NCBI GenBank assembly: GCA_017617435.1
Contig: JAFZWF010000014.1
Location: 573 to 64,572 of the forward strand
Direction: 5' to 3'
Source: Bacilli bacterium
GTDB taxonomy: Bacteria > Bacillota_I > Bacilli_A > RF39 > UBA660
DNA length: 64,000 nt
Shown here piece after piece: positions 9,912-20,481 of the stretch; position 1 is the stretch's first letter, and every line of letters begins with the position of its first letter. The notes under the pieces are model-generated. The model did no database searches, was not told where the DNA came from, and was given only the letters and a program-made list of their open reading frames with translations. Made by a program: the position numbers and the translations under genes.

Positions 9912-10772
9912 TTATTTTTCACCTAATTTATATGAAATAATTGCTCCCACTCCTAAAAGAAGAACTCCAATTATAACTTCAAGTACTATAAACGAAATTG
10001 TTTGAGCTGAGAATATTGAAATTGGAATTGCAGCAACAGATGCAAATATAAATCCTAAAACTCCATAATATGTAATTGTTTCATGTTTTTTAAATAAATA
10101 TTCAAATAATCTTGCAATACCAACAATACCAACTACAATACCTACGCCAAAAATTAAAATTATAAATAAATTATGACCAACATTATTAAAGTGTGTTAGA
10201 TCTTTGATAGTTTTAATTACAGGTCTATAGTAACCAACAAGCATTAAAACAAGTGATCCACTAATTCCTGGAATAACCATTGTTCCAGCAGCAAGTATTC
10301 CTACTAAGAATAATAAAATAATTCCAAGTAATGATAAATGAGCAAAGCTTACAGCAAAACTAGATTTAAAAATAAATTCTGCACAAGACATAAAGATAAC
10401 TAAACTAAATGTAATTAAAAATACAATTATGTTATAAATCATTTTAGAATCAGTTTTACCTTCAACTTTACCTACTAAAAGTGGAATACCACCTAAAACT
10501 AAACCGACAAAGAATAAACATGTTGCTATAGGAAAGTGGTTAAATGAATAATCAATTAAACTACTCATTGATGCAATTGATGCAAGCATACCAAGTGCTA
10601 TAGGTATTATAAATTTTAAATTCTTTTTAAAGTTTTTAAATAAGTGACCTAAAGCACCAATAAATTCTTCATATATACCAAGAATTATTGCAAGGGTTCC
10701 TCCACTTACACCTGGAATAATATTAGCTATTCCCATAATGAATCCTTTAATAAATAAAATAATACTTTTCAT
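9912..10772 (-). CDS. DUF368 family membrane protein (putative polyprenyl/undecaprenyl-phosphate transporter, PopT-like)
   Basis: Internal duplication with PGVSGGT / PGISGS motifs characteristic of DUF368. 286 aa, polytopic. Confidence 0.65.
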   Translation of the reverse strand: MKSIILFIKGFIMGIANIIPGVSGGTLAIILGIYEEFIGALGHLFKNFKKNLKFIIPIALGMLASIASMSSLIDYSFNHFPIATCLFFVGLVLGGIPLLVGKVEGKTDSKMIYNIIVFLITFSLVIFMSCAEFIFKSSFAVSFAHLSLLGIILLFLVGILAAGTMVIPGISGSLVLMLVGYYRPVIKTIKDLTHFNNVGHNLFIILIFGVGIVVGIVGIARLFEYLFKKHETITYYGVLGFIFASVAAIPISIFSAQTISFIVLEVIIGVLLLGVGAIISYKLGEK

Positions 10773-10786
10773 AAATATACTCCTTA

Positions 10787-12577
10787 TTATTTTGTAAATT
10801 GAGAGTTATAAAGGTTTGCGTAAAAACCATTTTTCTTTAATAACTCGTTATGTTTTCCTTGCTCAACTATTTCTCCATCATTAACAACAAGTATTAAATC
10901 TGCATTTTTAATTGTTGATAATCTATGAGCAATAATAAAACTTGTTCTACCTTTCATAAGTTTGTCCATAGCTTTTTGAATTAAAACCTCTGTTCTCGTA
11001 TCAACAGATGAAGTAGCTTCATCTAAAATAAGAATTTTAGGATCTGCAAGAATTGCTCTTGCGATTGTTAGAAGTTGTTTTTGACCACCAGATATATTAT
11101 CCGTTTCTTCATTAATAACCATATCATATGTATCAGGTTGAGTTTGAATAAAGTGATGAACATATGCATCTTTAGATGCACTTATGATTTCATCATCTGT
11201 TGCATCAAGTTTACCATATTTTAGGTTATCTTTAATAGTTCCATTAAATAGCCATGTGTCTTGTAAAACCATACCAAACATGCTTCTTAAATCAGCTCTT
11301 TTATAATCAGTTATATTAACACCATCGATTTTAATATTTCCACCTTGAATGTCATAAAATCTCATTAATAATTTAACAAGAGTTGTTTTACCAGCTCCAG
11401 TTGGACCAACTATTGCAATTTTTTGACCACTTTTTACATTTAATGAGAAATCTTTAATAATAGTTTTATTTGGATCATAACCGAATTTAACATGACTAAA
11501 TTCAACATTTCCATCAACTATATCAGGTACACTTAAAATTCCATTATCACTTTCTTCTGGAGCATTTAAGAAATTAAATATTCTTTCAGAAGATGCAATC
11601 ATAGATTGAAGCATATTAGCAATTTGAGCAACTTCACTAATTGGTCTTACATACTGTCTTCCGTAAGCAATAAATGATTGAATATTACCAACAGTAATTT
11701 TACCTATAATTGCAAAATAACCACCAAGTATTGCTATTAAAGCATAGCCTATATTACCAATAAAATTCATTATTGGATGCATAAGTCCAGATAAAAATTG
11801 ACTTTTCCAGTTTGTTTCATAAAGAATATCATTATTCTTAGAGAACTTATCTACCATTTTATCCTGGGCATTAAATACTTTAATAACATCTTGTGCACCA
11901 TACATTTCTTCAATGTTTCCATTAACATCAGCAAGGTAATCTTGTTGTGCTTTAAAGTACTTTTGACTTTTTGAACTTATTGCTCCCATTATACCAACAC
12001 TAAGTGGAAGAATAATTAAAGCAACTAAAGTCATCGTTACATTAATTGAGAACATCATTATAATAATACCAATAACTGATATTACCGATGTAATAAGCTG
12101 TGTTGATACTTGATTCAAACTTTGAGTTAAATTATCAACATCATTTGTAATAATTGATAAAACTTGACCAGTTGTTTGTTTATCAAAATATTCCATTGGT
12201 AATTTTTTGATTTTACCGACTAATTCTTTTCTTAATTTATAACCACATTTTTGAGAAACATGATTCATAATCAAACCTTGAAGAAGTGAAAACATTAAAC
12301 TTACAAAGTATAAAATAAGTAAAAACACTAAGATAGAACCAATCTTTTTAAAATTAATTCCACCAATACCACTTATCTTTTTAACTACACCATTAAATAC
12401 TTCTGTTGTTGCATTACCAAGTATTTTGGGTCCTACAATTGCAAATACAGTTGAACCTATTGCAAAAAGTATTACAACAAGTATAAGTTTATAGTATGGT
12501 CTCATAAACTTAAGTAAGTTTTTTACAGCAAGTTTTGGGTTTGCTGCTTTATCAAAGTTGGGTTTTTTACCTTTCAT
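10787..12577 (-). CDS. ABC exporter fused permease/ATPase subunit (type I exporter, half-transporter)
   Basis: 6 TM helices plus NBD with Walker A GPTGAGKTT, signature SGGQKQ and Walker B ILILDEATS. Confidence 0.85.
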   Translation of the reverse strand: MKGKKPNFDKAANPKLAVKNLLKFMRPYYKLILVVILFAIGSTVFAIVGPKILGNATTEVFNGVVKKISGIGGINFKKIGSILVFLLILYFVSLMFSLLQGLIMNHVSQKCGYKLRKELVGKIKKLPMEYFDKQTTGQVLSIITNDVDNLTQSLNQVSTQLITSVISVIGIIIMMFSINVTMTLVALIILPLSVGIMGAISSKSQKYFKAQQDYLADVNGNIEEMYGAQDVIKVFNAQDKMVDKFSKNNDILYETNWKSQFLSGLMHPIMNFIGNIGYALIAILGGYFAIIGKITVGNIQSFIAYGRQYVRPISEVAQIANMLQSMIASSERIFNFLNAPEESDNGILSVPDIVDGNVEFSHVKFGYDPNKTIIKDFSLNVKSGQKIAIVGPTGAGKTTLVKLLMRFYDIQGGNIKIDGVNITDYKRADLRSMFGMVLQDTWLFNGTIKDNLKYGKLDATDDEIISASKDAYVHHFIQTQPDTYDMVINEETDNISGGQKQLLTIARAILADPKILILDEATSSVDTRTEVLIQKAMDKLMKGRTSFIIAHRLSTIKNADLILVVNDGEIVEQGKHNELLKKNGFYANLYNSQFTK

Positions 12578-14766
12578 GATAATTCCTCCTTACTTAACTG
12601 AGAAAGAGCTATCTCTTTATAAACATCACATTTTTTCATGAGTTTATCATGAGTACCAATTCCAACAATTTTTCCTGAATCTAAAACTATTATTTGATCC
12701 GCATCCATAATAGTCGAAATTCTTTGAGCAACGATAAATGTTGTAACGTCTTTTAAATTTTCTTTAATGCTTTTTCTAAGATTAGCATCAGTTTTATAAT
12801 CAACTGCAGAAAAAGAATCATCAAAAATTAAAACTTTTGGTTTAAATGCTAATGCTCTTGCAATTGCTAATCTTTGCTTTTGACCACCAGAAACATTAGT
12901 TCCACCTTCAGATATTTTTTCATGATATTTTTTATCTTTCTTTTCAATAAATTCTGTAGCTTGAGCAATCTTAGCTGCTTTTATCATATCTTCATTTGAT
13001 ATTTTCTCTTTAGAAAGTTTTAAGTTAGATTCAATATCACCAGTAAATAAATATCCTTTTTGTGGTACATAACCAATATTTTTTCTTAAATCTTCTAGTT
13101 TTAAGTTTCTAATATCTATATCATTTACTGTAATAGATCCTTCTGTTACATCAAAGAATCTTGGTATTAAATTAATAAGTGTTGATTTACCACAACCAGT
13201 TGAACCAATAATTGCTGTAATAGTTCCTGGTTTAGATTCAAAAGAGATATTTTCGATAACGTTTTCACTTGCATCATGATACATAAATGATACATTATTA
13301 AATCTAACACTTACACCTTTTTCTGTATTAATACTAAGTGGATTTTCCGGATCTTTAATAGATGTTTCTTTATTTAAAACTTCAATTATTCTTTTAAATG
13401 AAACTAATGCTCTTGGAAGAATAATTGAAACAAGTGAAAGCATTAAAAATGATATTATTACTTGCATTGAATATGTAATAAATGCCATTAAATCTCCAAC
13501 TTGAAGTGTTCCAACATTAACACTTTTAGCTCCAAACCAAACAATAAAGATAGCAACAGAGTTCATAATAAATGCCATAAATGGCATCATAAATACCATT
13601 ACTCTATTAACAAATAAATTAACACTTGTTAAATCTTTATTTGCTTTATCAAATCTTTTTTCTTCATGTTTTTCATTAGAAAAAGCTCTAATAACAGGAA
13701 GACCAGATAATATTTCTCTTGATATTAAATTTACTTTATCTATAACTGTTTGAATTCGTTTAAATTTAGGAAATGAAATAATAAATAAAGTAAGGATAAG
13801 TAAAAATAGTGCAAGAATAGCAAGACCTATAATCCAAGATAAACTACTTCCCCATACATTACCAAGTGCACCAAAACCAAGTATTGGAGCAAATATTACT
13901 ATTCGTAAAAACATTATTAAAAATAGTTGTACTTGCTGAACATCATTTGTTGTTCTTGTTATAAGTGATGCTGTTGAAAATTCTTCATATTCTCTATTAG
14001 AAAAACTCATAATTCGATCAACAAGTTTTTTTCTTAAATCATGTGAAAACTTTGAACTAATCATACTTGATAAGTAACAAACAATTATTGAAATAATCAT
14101 TACAACAAAAGCAATTATAAGCATTTTAAAGCCTGATGAATATAAGTAATTAAGTTGTCTTCTTCTTGTGTTAATTCCAATATTTTTATATTCATTAAAA
14201 ATACTTTGAACATTACTTTGTTTTTTAATACTTGATGAAACACTACTTGCAGTTTTATATAGTAACTCTATTATGCTAGTTGTATTAATTTCATCACTAT
14301 CTAAAAGCATATAAAGAGCATCAATATTTATAGCATCTAGATTCATACTTTCTGGTGTAAACATTGGATTATTCTCATCTAAATTATCAACCATATTTTT
14401 AATAAATATTGGATCTTCTAAAACAGTTTCCAGTTTGTTAATATCTACATCTTTTTTAAGAATATAGATATTCTCATTTTTTAGAAGTGGATATTTTTTT
14501 ATGTTAGATGATGTTTTTTTTAGTAAACTATAACTGTTTAAAATATATTCATCTTCATCAGTAAATAGCAAAAGTTTATCTAAAGTATCCTCAGATATTT
14601 CTTTATATACTGCTTTATCAATACCATTTTGTTGTATTCCAGTATTAACTACATCAGCTGTGTAATCAGGCAGTTTAAGTTCAAGTCTTGCTTGAACATA
14701 AAGTAGACACACAACTAAAATTATAAAAATTATAAGGGGTTTAAATAGTTTTAATATCTGTTTCAT
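12574..14766 (-). CDS. ABC exporter fused permease/ATPase subunit with an extracytoplasmic domain of about 190 aa between TM1 and TM2. Heterodimer partner of 10787..12577.
   Basis: Walker A GSTGCGKST, signature SGGQKQR. 4-nt ATGA overlap with the downstream partner gene. Confidence 0.85.
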   Translation of the reverse strand: MKQILKLFKPLIIFIILVVCLLYVQARLELKLPDYTADVVNTGIQQNGIDKAVYKEISEDTLDKLLLFTDEDEYILNSYSLLKKTSSNIKKYPLLKNENIYILKKDVDINKLETVLEDPIFIKNMVDNLDENNPMFTPESMNLDAINIDALYMLLDSDEINTTSIIELLYKTASSVSSSIKKQSNVQSIFNEYKNIGINTRRRQLNYLYSSGFKMLIIAFVVMIISIIVCYLSSMISSKFSHDLRKKLVDRIMSFSNREYEEFSTASLITRTTNDVQQVQLFLIMFLRIVIFAPILGFGALGNVWGSSLSWIIGLAILALFLLILTLFIISFPKFKRIQTVIDKVNLISREILSGLPVIRAFSNEKHEEKRFDKANKDLTSVNLFVNRVMVFMMPFMAFIMNSVAIFIVWFGAKSVNVGTLQVGDLMAFITYSMQVIISFLMLSLVSIILPRALVSFKRIIEVLNKETSIKDPENPLSINTEKGVSVRFNNVSFMYHDASENVIENISFESKPGTITAIIGSTGCGKSTLINLIPRFFDVTEGSITVNDIDIRNLKLEDLRKNIGYVPQKGYLFTGDIESNLKLSKEKISNEDMIKAAKIAQATEFIEKKDKKYHEKISEGGTNVSGGQKQRLAIARALAFKPKVLIFDDSFSAVDYKTDANLRKSIKENLKDVTTFIVAQRISTIMDADQIIVLDSGKIVGIGTHDKLMKKCDVYKEIALSQLSKEELS

Positions 14767-14820
14767 TTTTATACCTTCCGCTAGTTAATTATATAATAAA
14801 TTATATTCTTTATCAAATTA

Positions 14821-14852
14821 AAAAAGCATGTAATTATAAATTAATTACATGC
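14821..14852 (-). terminator. rho-independent terminator after the NUDIX gene
   Basis: GCATGTAATTA-taaat-TAATTACATGC, an 11-bp perfect stem, T-run on the minus strand. Confidence 0.65.
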
Positions 14853-15267
14853 TATTTCTTTTAATATAAAAATTTAATTTATCAAGTACTAATATATCTG
14901 CTGGTAGCCAATCTAAACTATATAATTCATCCTTATTAAGCCATTTATAGCTATCATGTTCAAGTTCATATTTATCATGATAAACTTTAGGAATATCATC
15001 TTCAAGCATATTACATAAGAATGTATGCATAATTAAGTGAAATGTTGGATAATCATATTCTATGGTGCATATTTGATCAAGAACATTAATGTGCACATTC
15101 ATTTCTTCTAGTATTTCTCTTTTTAAAGATATACCTAATGTTTCACCATGCTCTATTTTGCCACCTGGAAACTCCCACTTACCTTTAAGGTCTCCATATC
15201 CTCTTTGTGTTGCTAAATACATACCATCTTTTACAATTACAGCTGCAACTACTTCTATAGTTTTCAT
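14845..15267 (-). CDS. NUDIX hydrolase (MutT-like)
   Basis: Nudix box GGKIEHGETLGISLKREILEEMN. 140 aa. Confidence 0.8.
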   Translation of the reverse strand: MKTIEVVAAVIVKDGMYLATQRGYGDLKGKWEFPGGKIEHGETLGISLKREILEEMNVHINVLDQICTIEYDYPTFHLIMHTFLCNMLEDDIPKVYHDKYELEHDSYKWLNKDELYSLDWLPADILVLDKLNFYIKRNSM

Positions 15268-15372
15268 TTATATCATCCCTTTATTTTTATTGGTATGTTT
15301 TTATTATAACTATTAAATATTTTTAAATAAAATATTATAAAATTATAAAAGATATAACTAAAAGTTATATCT

Positions 15373-16287
15373 TTATGATTTAATACTATAATTAATATAT
15401 TCTTCTACAAATCTTTTAGGAGCTGCAGATAATAATTTTTTATTATAAACAATTTCAATGTCTACAGATGGAAGTTCTTCTTTAAAATCTAGAACACTTA
15501 TTTCATTATTTATCACATCATTTTTAATGACATCATAAATTATGTAACCTATACCAAGGTCCTTTTTAATAAATGACTCTATCATTTCAGATGTATGGAT
15601 ATTTATTACATTTTCAACAGAAACATTATTTTTAATAAATATTTCATCTAGGGCATTTCTGTTTGATGTTCCAACAATTGGAAGAATTAAAGGAACATCT
15701 TTAAGATCTTTTAATTTTTTTACCTTTTTAATATCAAATGATGATGTTCCAGTTTTATATGCAAAACAATATTTAACAGATTTTATTTTGTCACAAGTTA
15801 ATTCATCATTATTTTCTATATTAACAGGAGCCATATCGAACATTAAATCTATTTTATGTGAATCAAGTAGATCAAGCAAATATTTAGTACCACCGGTTAC
15901 AACTGATATTTCAATATTTGGATATTTCTTATGAAACTCTATTACTTTATCAAATAAATAGAATGTTCCAACATTTGATGGCATACCTAAGGATAATTTA
16001 CCTCTTTTTAAATCTTCTGTTTCAACCATTATACGTTCTGCTGTAACTAAATTGGCATATGATTTTTCAACATAGTATAGAAGTTCTTCACCTTTTGGTG
16101 TTAGAATCACACCATCTTTTTTACGATAAAAAAGTTGTGTACCTAATTCTTCTTCTAAATTCTTAATTGATTTACTTATTGCGGGTTGTGAAGTAAAAGT
16201 ACTTTGAGCTGCTTTAGAAATACTTCCATATTTTGCAACATCGTAAAATGTTTTGTATCTATTTAAATTAACATTGGTTTTGTACAT
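15373..16287 (-). CDS. LysR-family transcriptional regulator
   Basis: N-terminal HTH with the LysR signature (FYDVAKYGSISKAAQSTFTSQPAISKSIKNLEEELGTQLF) and a C-terminal substrate-binding domain. 304 aa. Confidence 0.85.
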   Translation of the reverse strand: MYKTNVNLNRYKTFYDVAKYGSISKAAQSTFTSQPAISKSIKNLEEELGTQLFYRKKDGVILTPKGEELLYYVEKSYANLVTAERIMVETEDLKRGKLSLGMPSNVGTFYLFDKVIEFHKKYPNIEISVVTGGTKYLLDLLDSHKIDLMFDMAPVNIENNDELTCDKIKSVKYCFAYKTGTSSFDIKKVKKLKDLKDVPLILPIVGTSNRNALDEIFIKNNVSVENVINIHTSEMIESFIKKDLGIGYIIYDVIKNDVINNEISVLDFKEELPSVDIEIVYNKKLLSAAPKRFVEEYINYSIKS

Positions 16288-16356
16288 AAAAGTTACACCC
16301 CCAAAATTTTCTTGTTATTATAACATAGCATTTATGATTAAACAACTTGAGTTTAT

Positions 16357-16803
16357 TTAATTTTCTAAAATAATTGTTACAGGTCCATCGTTTAAAAGTT
16401 CAACTTTCATGTCAGCACCGAACTTACCTGTTTCAACGTGAAATCCTCTTTTTTTACACTCTTCACAAAAATAATCATATAAAGGCATAGCTATATCAGG
16501 TTTTGCAGCATTTATAAATGATGGCCTATTACCATGATTTGTATCAGCATATAAAGTAAACTGTGAAATTATTAATAACTCTCCCCTTACTTTTTCTAAG
16601 TCATAATTCATCTTATCATTTTCATCATCAAAGACTCTTAACTTTAAAAGTTTATCAATAAGATAGTCGGCTTCTTTTTTTGTATCTGTATGAGTTACTC
16701 CAAGAAGAACCATAAAACCTTTATCTATCTTACCTATAATTTCATCATCAACCTTAACAGTTGCATGCTTTACTCTTTGAACAACAAGTTTCATTAGAAT
16801 CAC
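16357..16803 (-). CDS. dtd: D-aminoacyl-tRNA deacylase
   Basis: 148 aa. Conserved Dtd motifs ([21 protein letters not shown]). Confidence 0.9.
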   Translation of the reverse strand: MILMKLVVQRVKHATVKVDDEIIGKIDKGFMVLLGVTHTDTKKEADYLIDKLLKLRVFDDENDKMNYDLEKVRGELLIISQFTLYADTNHGNRPSFINAAKPDIAMPLYDYFCEECKKRGFHVETGKFGADMKVELLNDGPVTIILEN

Positions 16804-16913
16804 CTAATAAAAATTATACAATATATTAGTTATAAAAAAAAGAAAGTTATCACTTTCTTTTTTTACATTTCAAGCTAATACTTAATTACAATTCAACAGC
16901 ATATGAATCTTGT

Positions 16914-17195
16914 TTATCGAACCATTAGCATATTATTTATCTTTTCGGAAATTAATTCAGGTGTATTGCAAGCCTTTTCTTCTTCTAGTTCTTTATTTAT
17001 TATACTTATTTCTTCACTATTAAAATTTAATGATTTAAAAAATTCATTAGTTTTTAAGGAAGTAAGTTTCTTTAAGTCATCCTCATTTAAAATTCTACCA
17101 GTTGCATTTTTTATTGCGTCCTTTAAACTTAACATCTCTGGCATATAACTATCAACCATGGTTTTGTCAACATCAAAAACTATACATTTTTTCAT
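16914..17195 (-). pseudogene. HAD-superfamily hydrolase remnant (motif I only). Probably a truncated gene.
   Basis: 93 aa ORF starting MKKCIVFDVDKTMVDS (HAD DxDxT motif I) but lacking motifs II-IV. No in-frame continuation in any frame before the terminator at 16831..16865. Confidence 0.35.
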
Positions 17196-17269
17196 AACTT
17201 TACCCTTTTTAGATATTTATATCCTGAATTAAAATATTTTTGATATATCTATTTTATATTTAGCTTCCG

Positions 17270-17893
17270 TTATAATTTCTTAGTAAGTTTACTACTTGGT
17301 ATTTTATAAACTTCATTTAGTAGATCTCTTAAATAAGGAAGAGTAATTGAATCATCTTTGAAAAAGTCTTTTGGCTTCAAATCATATGAAACCGCTTGAA
17401 GTATTGGTTCTAATTTATCAACCTGTTTTACAAAGATAGCCTCTTCGGTTAATTGGTTCTCGTACTCAAGCCAAAGTTTTTTAAAGTCAGTAATAAAATT
17501 AGCTTCGCCAAGTAAAATATCAACCGCTTTTTCTTCAAGTTTATGTTTTTGTTCACTGCTTATTTGATTAGGAATAAAATCACCAGCATATACTTCACCT
17601 AGTTCGTGAACAAGTGATAACTTCATACATTTTTCCAAATCTAAATTTAAATTATATTTTTGTATTATAGTCATTGAAAGCATTGTTACTGACCAGCTAT
17701 GGTCAGCAACAGATTCAACAATATTTTCCCCATTCATTCCAATAATGTGAGTAAGCCATCCTTGTCTATATAAATTCTTTAAATGAGTAAGTTGATAATA
17801 TAGTTTTAACACATCGTTATGTATATATTTTTTGTATTTAGTATATGCATTTTGATTCTTAACAAAATTTTTATTATTAATGTCTTTTTGCAT
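17270..17893 (-). CDS. HD-domain phosphohydrolase (YfbR-like 5'-deoxynucleotidase family)
   Basis: HD motif region VADHSWSV...LVHELGEVYAGD. 207 aa. Confidence 0.65.
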   Translation of the reverse strand: MQKDINNKNFVKNQNAYTKYKKYIHNDVLKLYYQLTHLKNLYRQGWLTHIIGMNGENIVESVADHSWSVTMLSMTIIQKYNLNLDLEKCMKLSLVHELGEVYAGDFIPNQISSEQKHKLEEKAVDILLGEANFITDFKKLWLEYENQLTEEAIFVKQVDKLEPILQAVSYDLKPKDFFKDDSITLPYLRDLLNEVYKIPSSKLTKKL

Positions 17894-17894
17894 A

Positions 17895-19082
17895 TTAATT
17901 CCCCCTATCTAATACGCATACTGTTTCTATATGATATGAATAACTAAACATATCAATCATATCAACACTTTTAATATTATATTTATCTTTAATTATTTTT
18001 AAATCTCTAACTAATGTTATAGGATTGCAAGATACATATATTATTTTTTTTGCATCACTATTTAAGATAAAATTTATTGTGTTTTGATCAAGTCCAGCTC
18101 TTGGTGGATCAACAATTATAGCATTAAAATCATTTTTTATTTTATCAAGGGATTTAGATACGTCACCCAAAATAAAATTAGCATTTGATATATTATTCAT
18201 CTTTGCATTAAATAATGCATTTTTTATAGCATTAGGTACAATTTCAATACCTAGAACTGACTTTACTTTATCTGATGCTGCAAGTCCTATAGAACCAACA
18301 CCACAATATAAATCTAATATATCATCATCTTTATCCAAGTTATTTTTAATTATATCAATAATTTTATTTGCACCTAAATTATTAACTTGAAAAAATGAAT
18401 TATAAGAAATTTTAAATAGTTTGTTATCTAGTTTATCAATTATAAAATCGTCATTTAAAATAGCTTTATTGTTTAGTACTACACCAGCAATTTTAAAATT
18501 TTCTTTCAATTTATCAAATTTATATTTAATTTCATCATCTGTATTAATAATAATTAATAGTTCATCGTTATAATTACATCTTATAACAATCGTCCCGTTA
18601 TTTATTTTAAATTCTTTAATAACTTTTAAAAAGTCATTAATAATATCTCTTGCAATTAAACATTCATCTATTTCTACAATGGAATTTGTTTTTTCTTCAT
18701 AGAAACCTATTTTTTTATTTTGAATCTTTAAGGAAATCTTATTTCGATAATTAAAGTAGTTAGAACTTTTATTAACTTTTATATCACCTGTATATAAATT
18801 ATCTTTTAAAAAAAGTTGTTTTAAATTGTTATATTTAAGTTTAACTGATTCATCATATGAAAAATGTCTTAAATAGCAACCACCGCATTCATAAAAATAA
18901 GGACAGTCGACATTTGTGTTAGGGCTTGTTACTTTCCCCCTAGCATATTTTGTTTTATCTTCTGTTACGGAAACATCAACAATGTCACCAACTTTTGTCT
19001 TTGGAACAAATATTACTTTTCCTCCTGTATAACCGACACCTTCGATTTGATTATTGTACCTTTCAATTTTAACTTTTACCAT
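17895..19082 (-). CDS. 23S rRNA (uracil-C5)-methyltransferase RlmD/RumA family (TRAM + 4Fe-4S + SAM methyltransferase)
   Basis: N-terminal TRAM-like region, cysteine cluster CPYFYECGGC, SAM-binding DLYCGVG. 395 aa. Confidence 0.75.
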   Translation of the reverse strand: MVKVKIERYNNQIEGVGYTGGKVIFVPKTKVGDIVDVSVTEDKTKYARGKVTSPNTNVDCPYFYECGGCYLRHFSYDESVKLKYNNLKQLFLKDNLYTGDIKVNKSSNYFNYRNKISLKIQNKKIGFYEEKTNSIVEIDECLIARDIINDFLKVIKEFKINNGTIVIRCNYNDELLIIINTDDEIKYKFDKLKENFKIAGVVLNNKAILNDDFIIDKLDNKLFKISYNSFFQVNNLGANKIIDIIKNNLDKDDDILDLYCGVGSIGLAASDKVKSVLGIEIVPNAIKNALFNAKMNNISNANFILGDVSKSLDKIKNDFNAIIVDPPRAGLDQNTINFILNSDAKKIIYVSCNPITLVRDLKIIKDKYNIKSVDMIDMFSYSYHIETVCVLDRGN

Positions 19083-19170
19083 ACTACTTTAACCTCTAAA
19101 TTTAATTATACTAGATTTTTCTGAAGTATACTAGATTTAAAAGGGTAAATAATATTATTGGTGAAAGTTA

Positions 19171-20481
19171 ATGGTTGATAAAATCAAAAAAATATATAAA
19201 AATAATCCAGATTTAATCATTAAGAATATCAGTGATGATGTAACAATTGTATATTTTGAATCTATTTGTTCATCTGATCGAATAAATGAATTTGTAACAA
19301 AACCATTAATTTATGAAAATAAAGTTAGTGCACCTCACATTATTTATATTAAAGAAAATGAAATCGAAAAATATTTAAATAATGCTTTTGCAATTATCAT
19401 AAGTAGTAACAATAATTTATGTGCTGCAGAAGTTAGAGGTGATTTATCAAGAAGTATTGATTCTCCTGAAACCGAACCATCAATTAATGGACCAAAAGAT
19501 GCATTAACTGAAAATATACAACTTAATTTAGGTTTAATTAAAAGACGAATTAAGACTAAAGATTTAAAAATAATAAATAAAAGCATAGGTAAATATACAG
19601 ATACTTTAGTTCAAGTACTTTATATTAAAAAAGAAGAAAACAAAAAAATAGTTAAGAGAGTTCTTGACAATCTTGATGAAATTAATATTTCAGGAATAAT
19701 TGATTCAAGCAATATATCTAATGCTCTTCAAGAAAAAGTAAAATCTGATTTTCCTACAATTATGCCTAGCGAAAGGCCAGATGAAATATCAAATGCTTTA
19801 ATAGAAGGTAAAATTGTTATTCTAGTTGATAATAGTCCTTTTGCTCTTATCACGCCAAGTTATTTTACTGATTTTATAAATCCTGTAGTTGATAGGTATA
19901 GCAAAGCTATACCTTCAAATTTTATAAAAGCTATAAGATATTTGTGTCTTATTATTACTTTAATAGAACCTGCATTTTATATTGCAACCATAAACTATAA
20001 TCAAGAGACAATACCAACAAGTTTATTAATTAATTTTATGATTCAAAGAGAAGGAGTTCCCTTCCCATCTGTTGCAGAAGCAATAATTATGTTAATTATT
20101 TACGAAATGCTTAGAGAAAGTGATATTAGATTTCCATCAAAATATGGAACTGCTATATCAATTTTAGGTGCACTTATACTTGGTGATGCAGCTGTTAAAG
20201 CAGGTATTGTAAGTCCAATTATGATTATAACTATTGCTATATGCTTTATATCATCATTAGTATTTACTAACCAGGATTTTTCAAACTCACTTAGAATTTA
20301 TCGTTTTTTATTTTTACTTGGTGCTGCTATTTTAGGTTTATACGGAATACTTTTAGTTTTTTTATATTTTCTTATTAAACTTTGTAGCACTTATACACTA
20401 GATAGATCATACACGATACCTATAGCGCCATATAAAGAAAAATACTTTTATAAATATATTTGGAGAAAAAGGGAAAAATGA
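19171..20481 (+). CDS. spore germination receptor A subunit (GerAA/GerKA family)
   Basis: 436 aa. Soluble N-terminal domain plus C-terminal TM bundle typical of GerA-family A subunits. First gene of an A-C-B operon. Confidence 0.7.
   Translation: MVDKIKKIYKNNPDLIIKNISDDVTIVYFESICSSDRINEFVTKPLIYENKVSAPHIIYIKENEIEKYLNNAFAIIISSNNNLCAAEVRGDLSRSIDSPETEPSINGPKDALTENIQLNLGLIKRRIKTKDLKIINKSIGKYTDTLVQVLYIKKEENKKIVKRVLDNLDEINISGIIDSSNISNALQEKVKSDFPTIMPSERPDEISNALIEGKIVILVDNSPFALITPSYFTDFINPVVDRYSKAIPSNFIKAIRYLCLIITLIEPAFYIATINYNQETIPTSLLINFMIQREGVPFPSVAEAIIMLIIYEMLRESDIRFPSKYGTAISILGALILGDAAVKAGIVSPIMIITIAICFISSLVFTNQDFSNSLRIYRFLFLLGAAILGLYGILLVFLYFLIKLCSTYTLDRSYTIPIAPYKEKYFYKYIWRKREK

Noticed and set aside
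10787-14766. A single fused ABC gene
   Set aside because: Two separate ORFs with a 4-nt ATGA overlap, each with its own TMD and NBD. This is a standard heterodimeric exporter.
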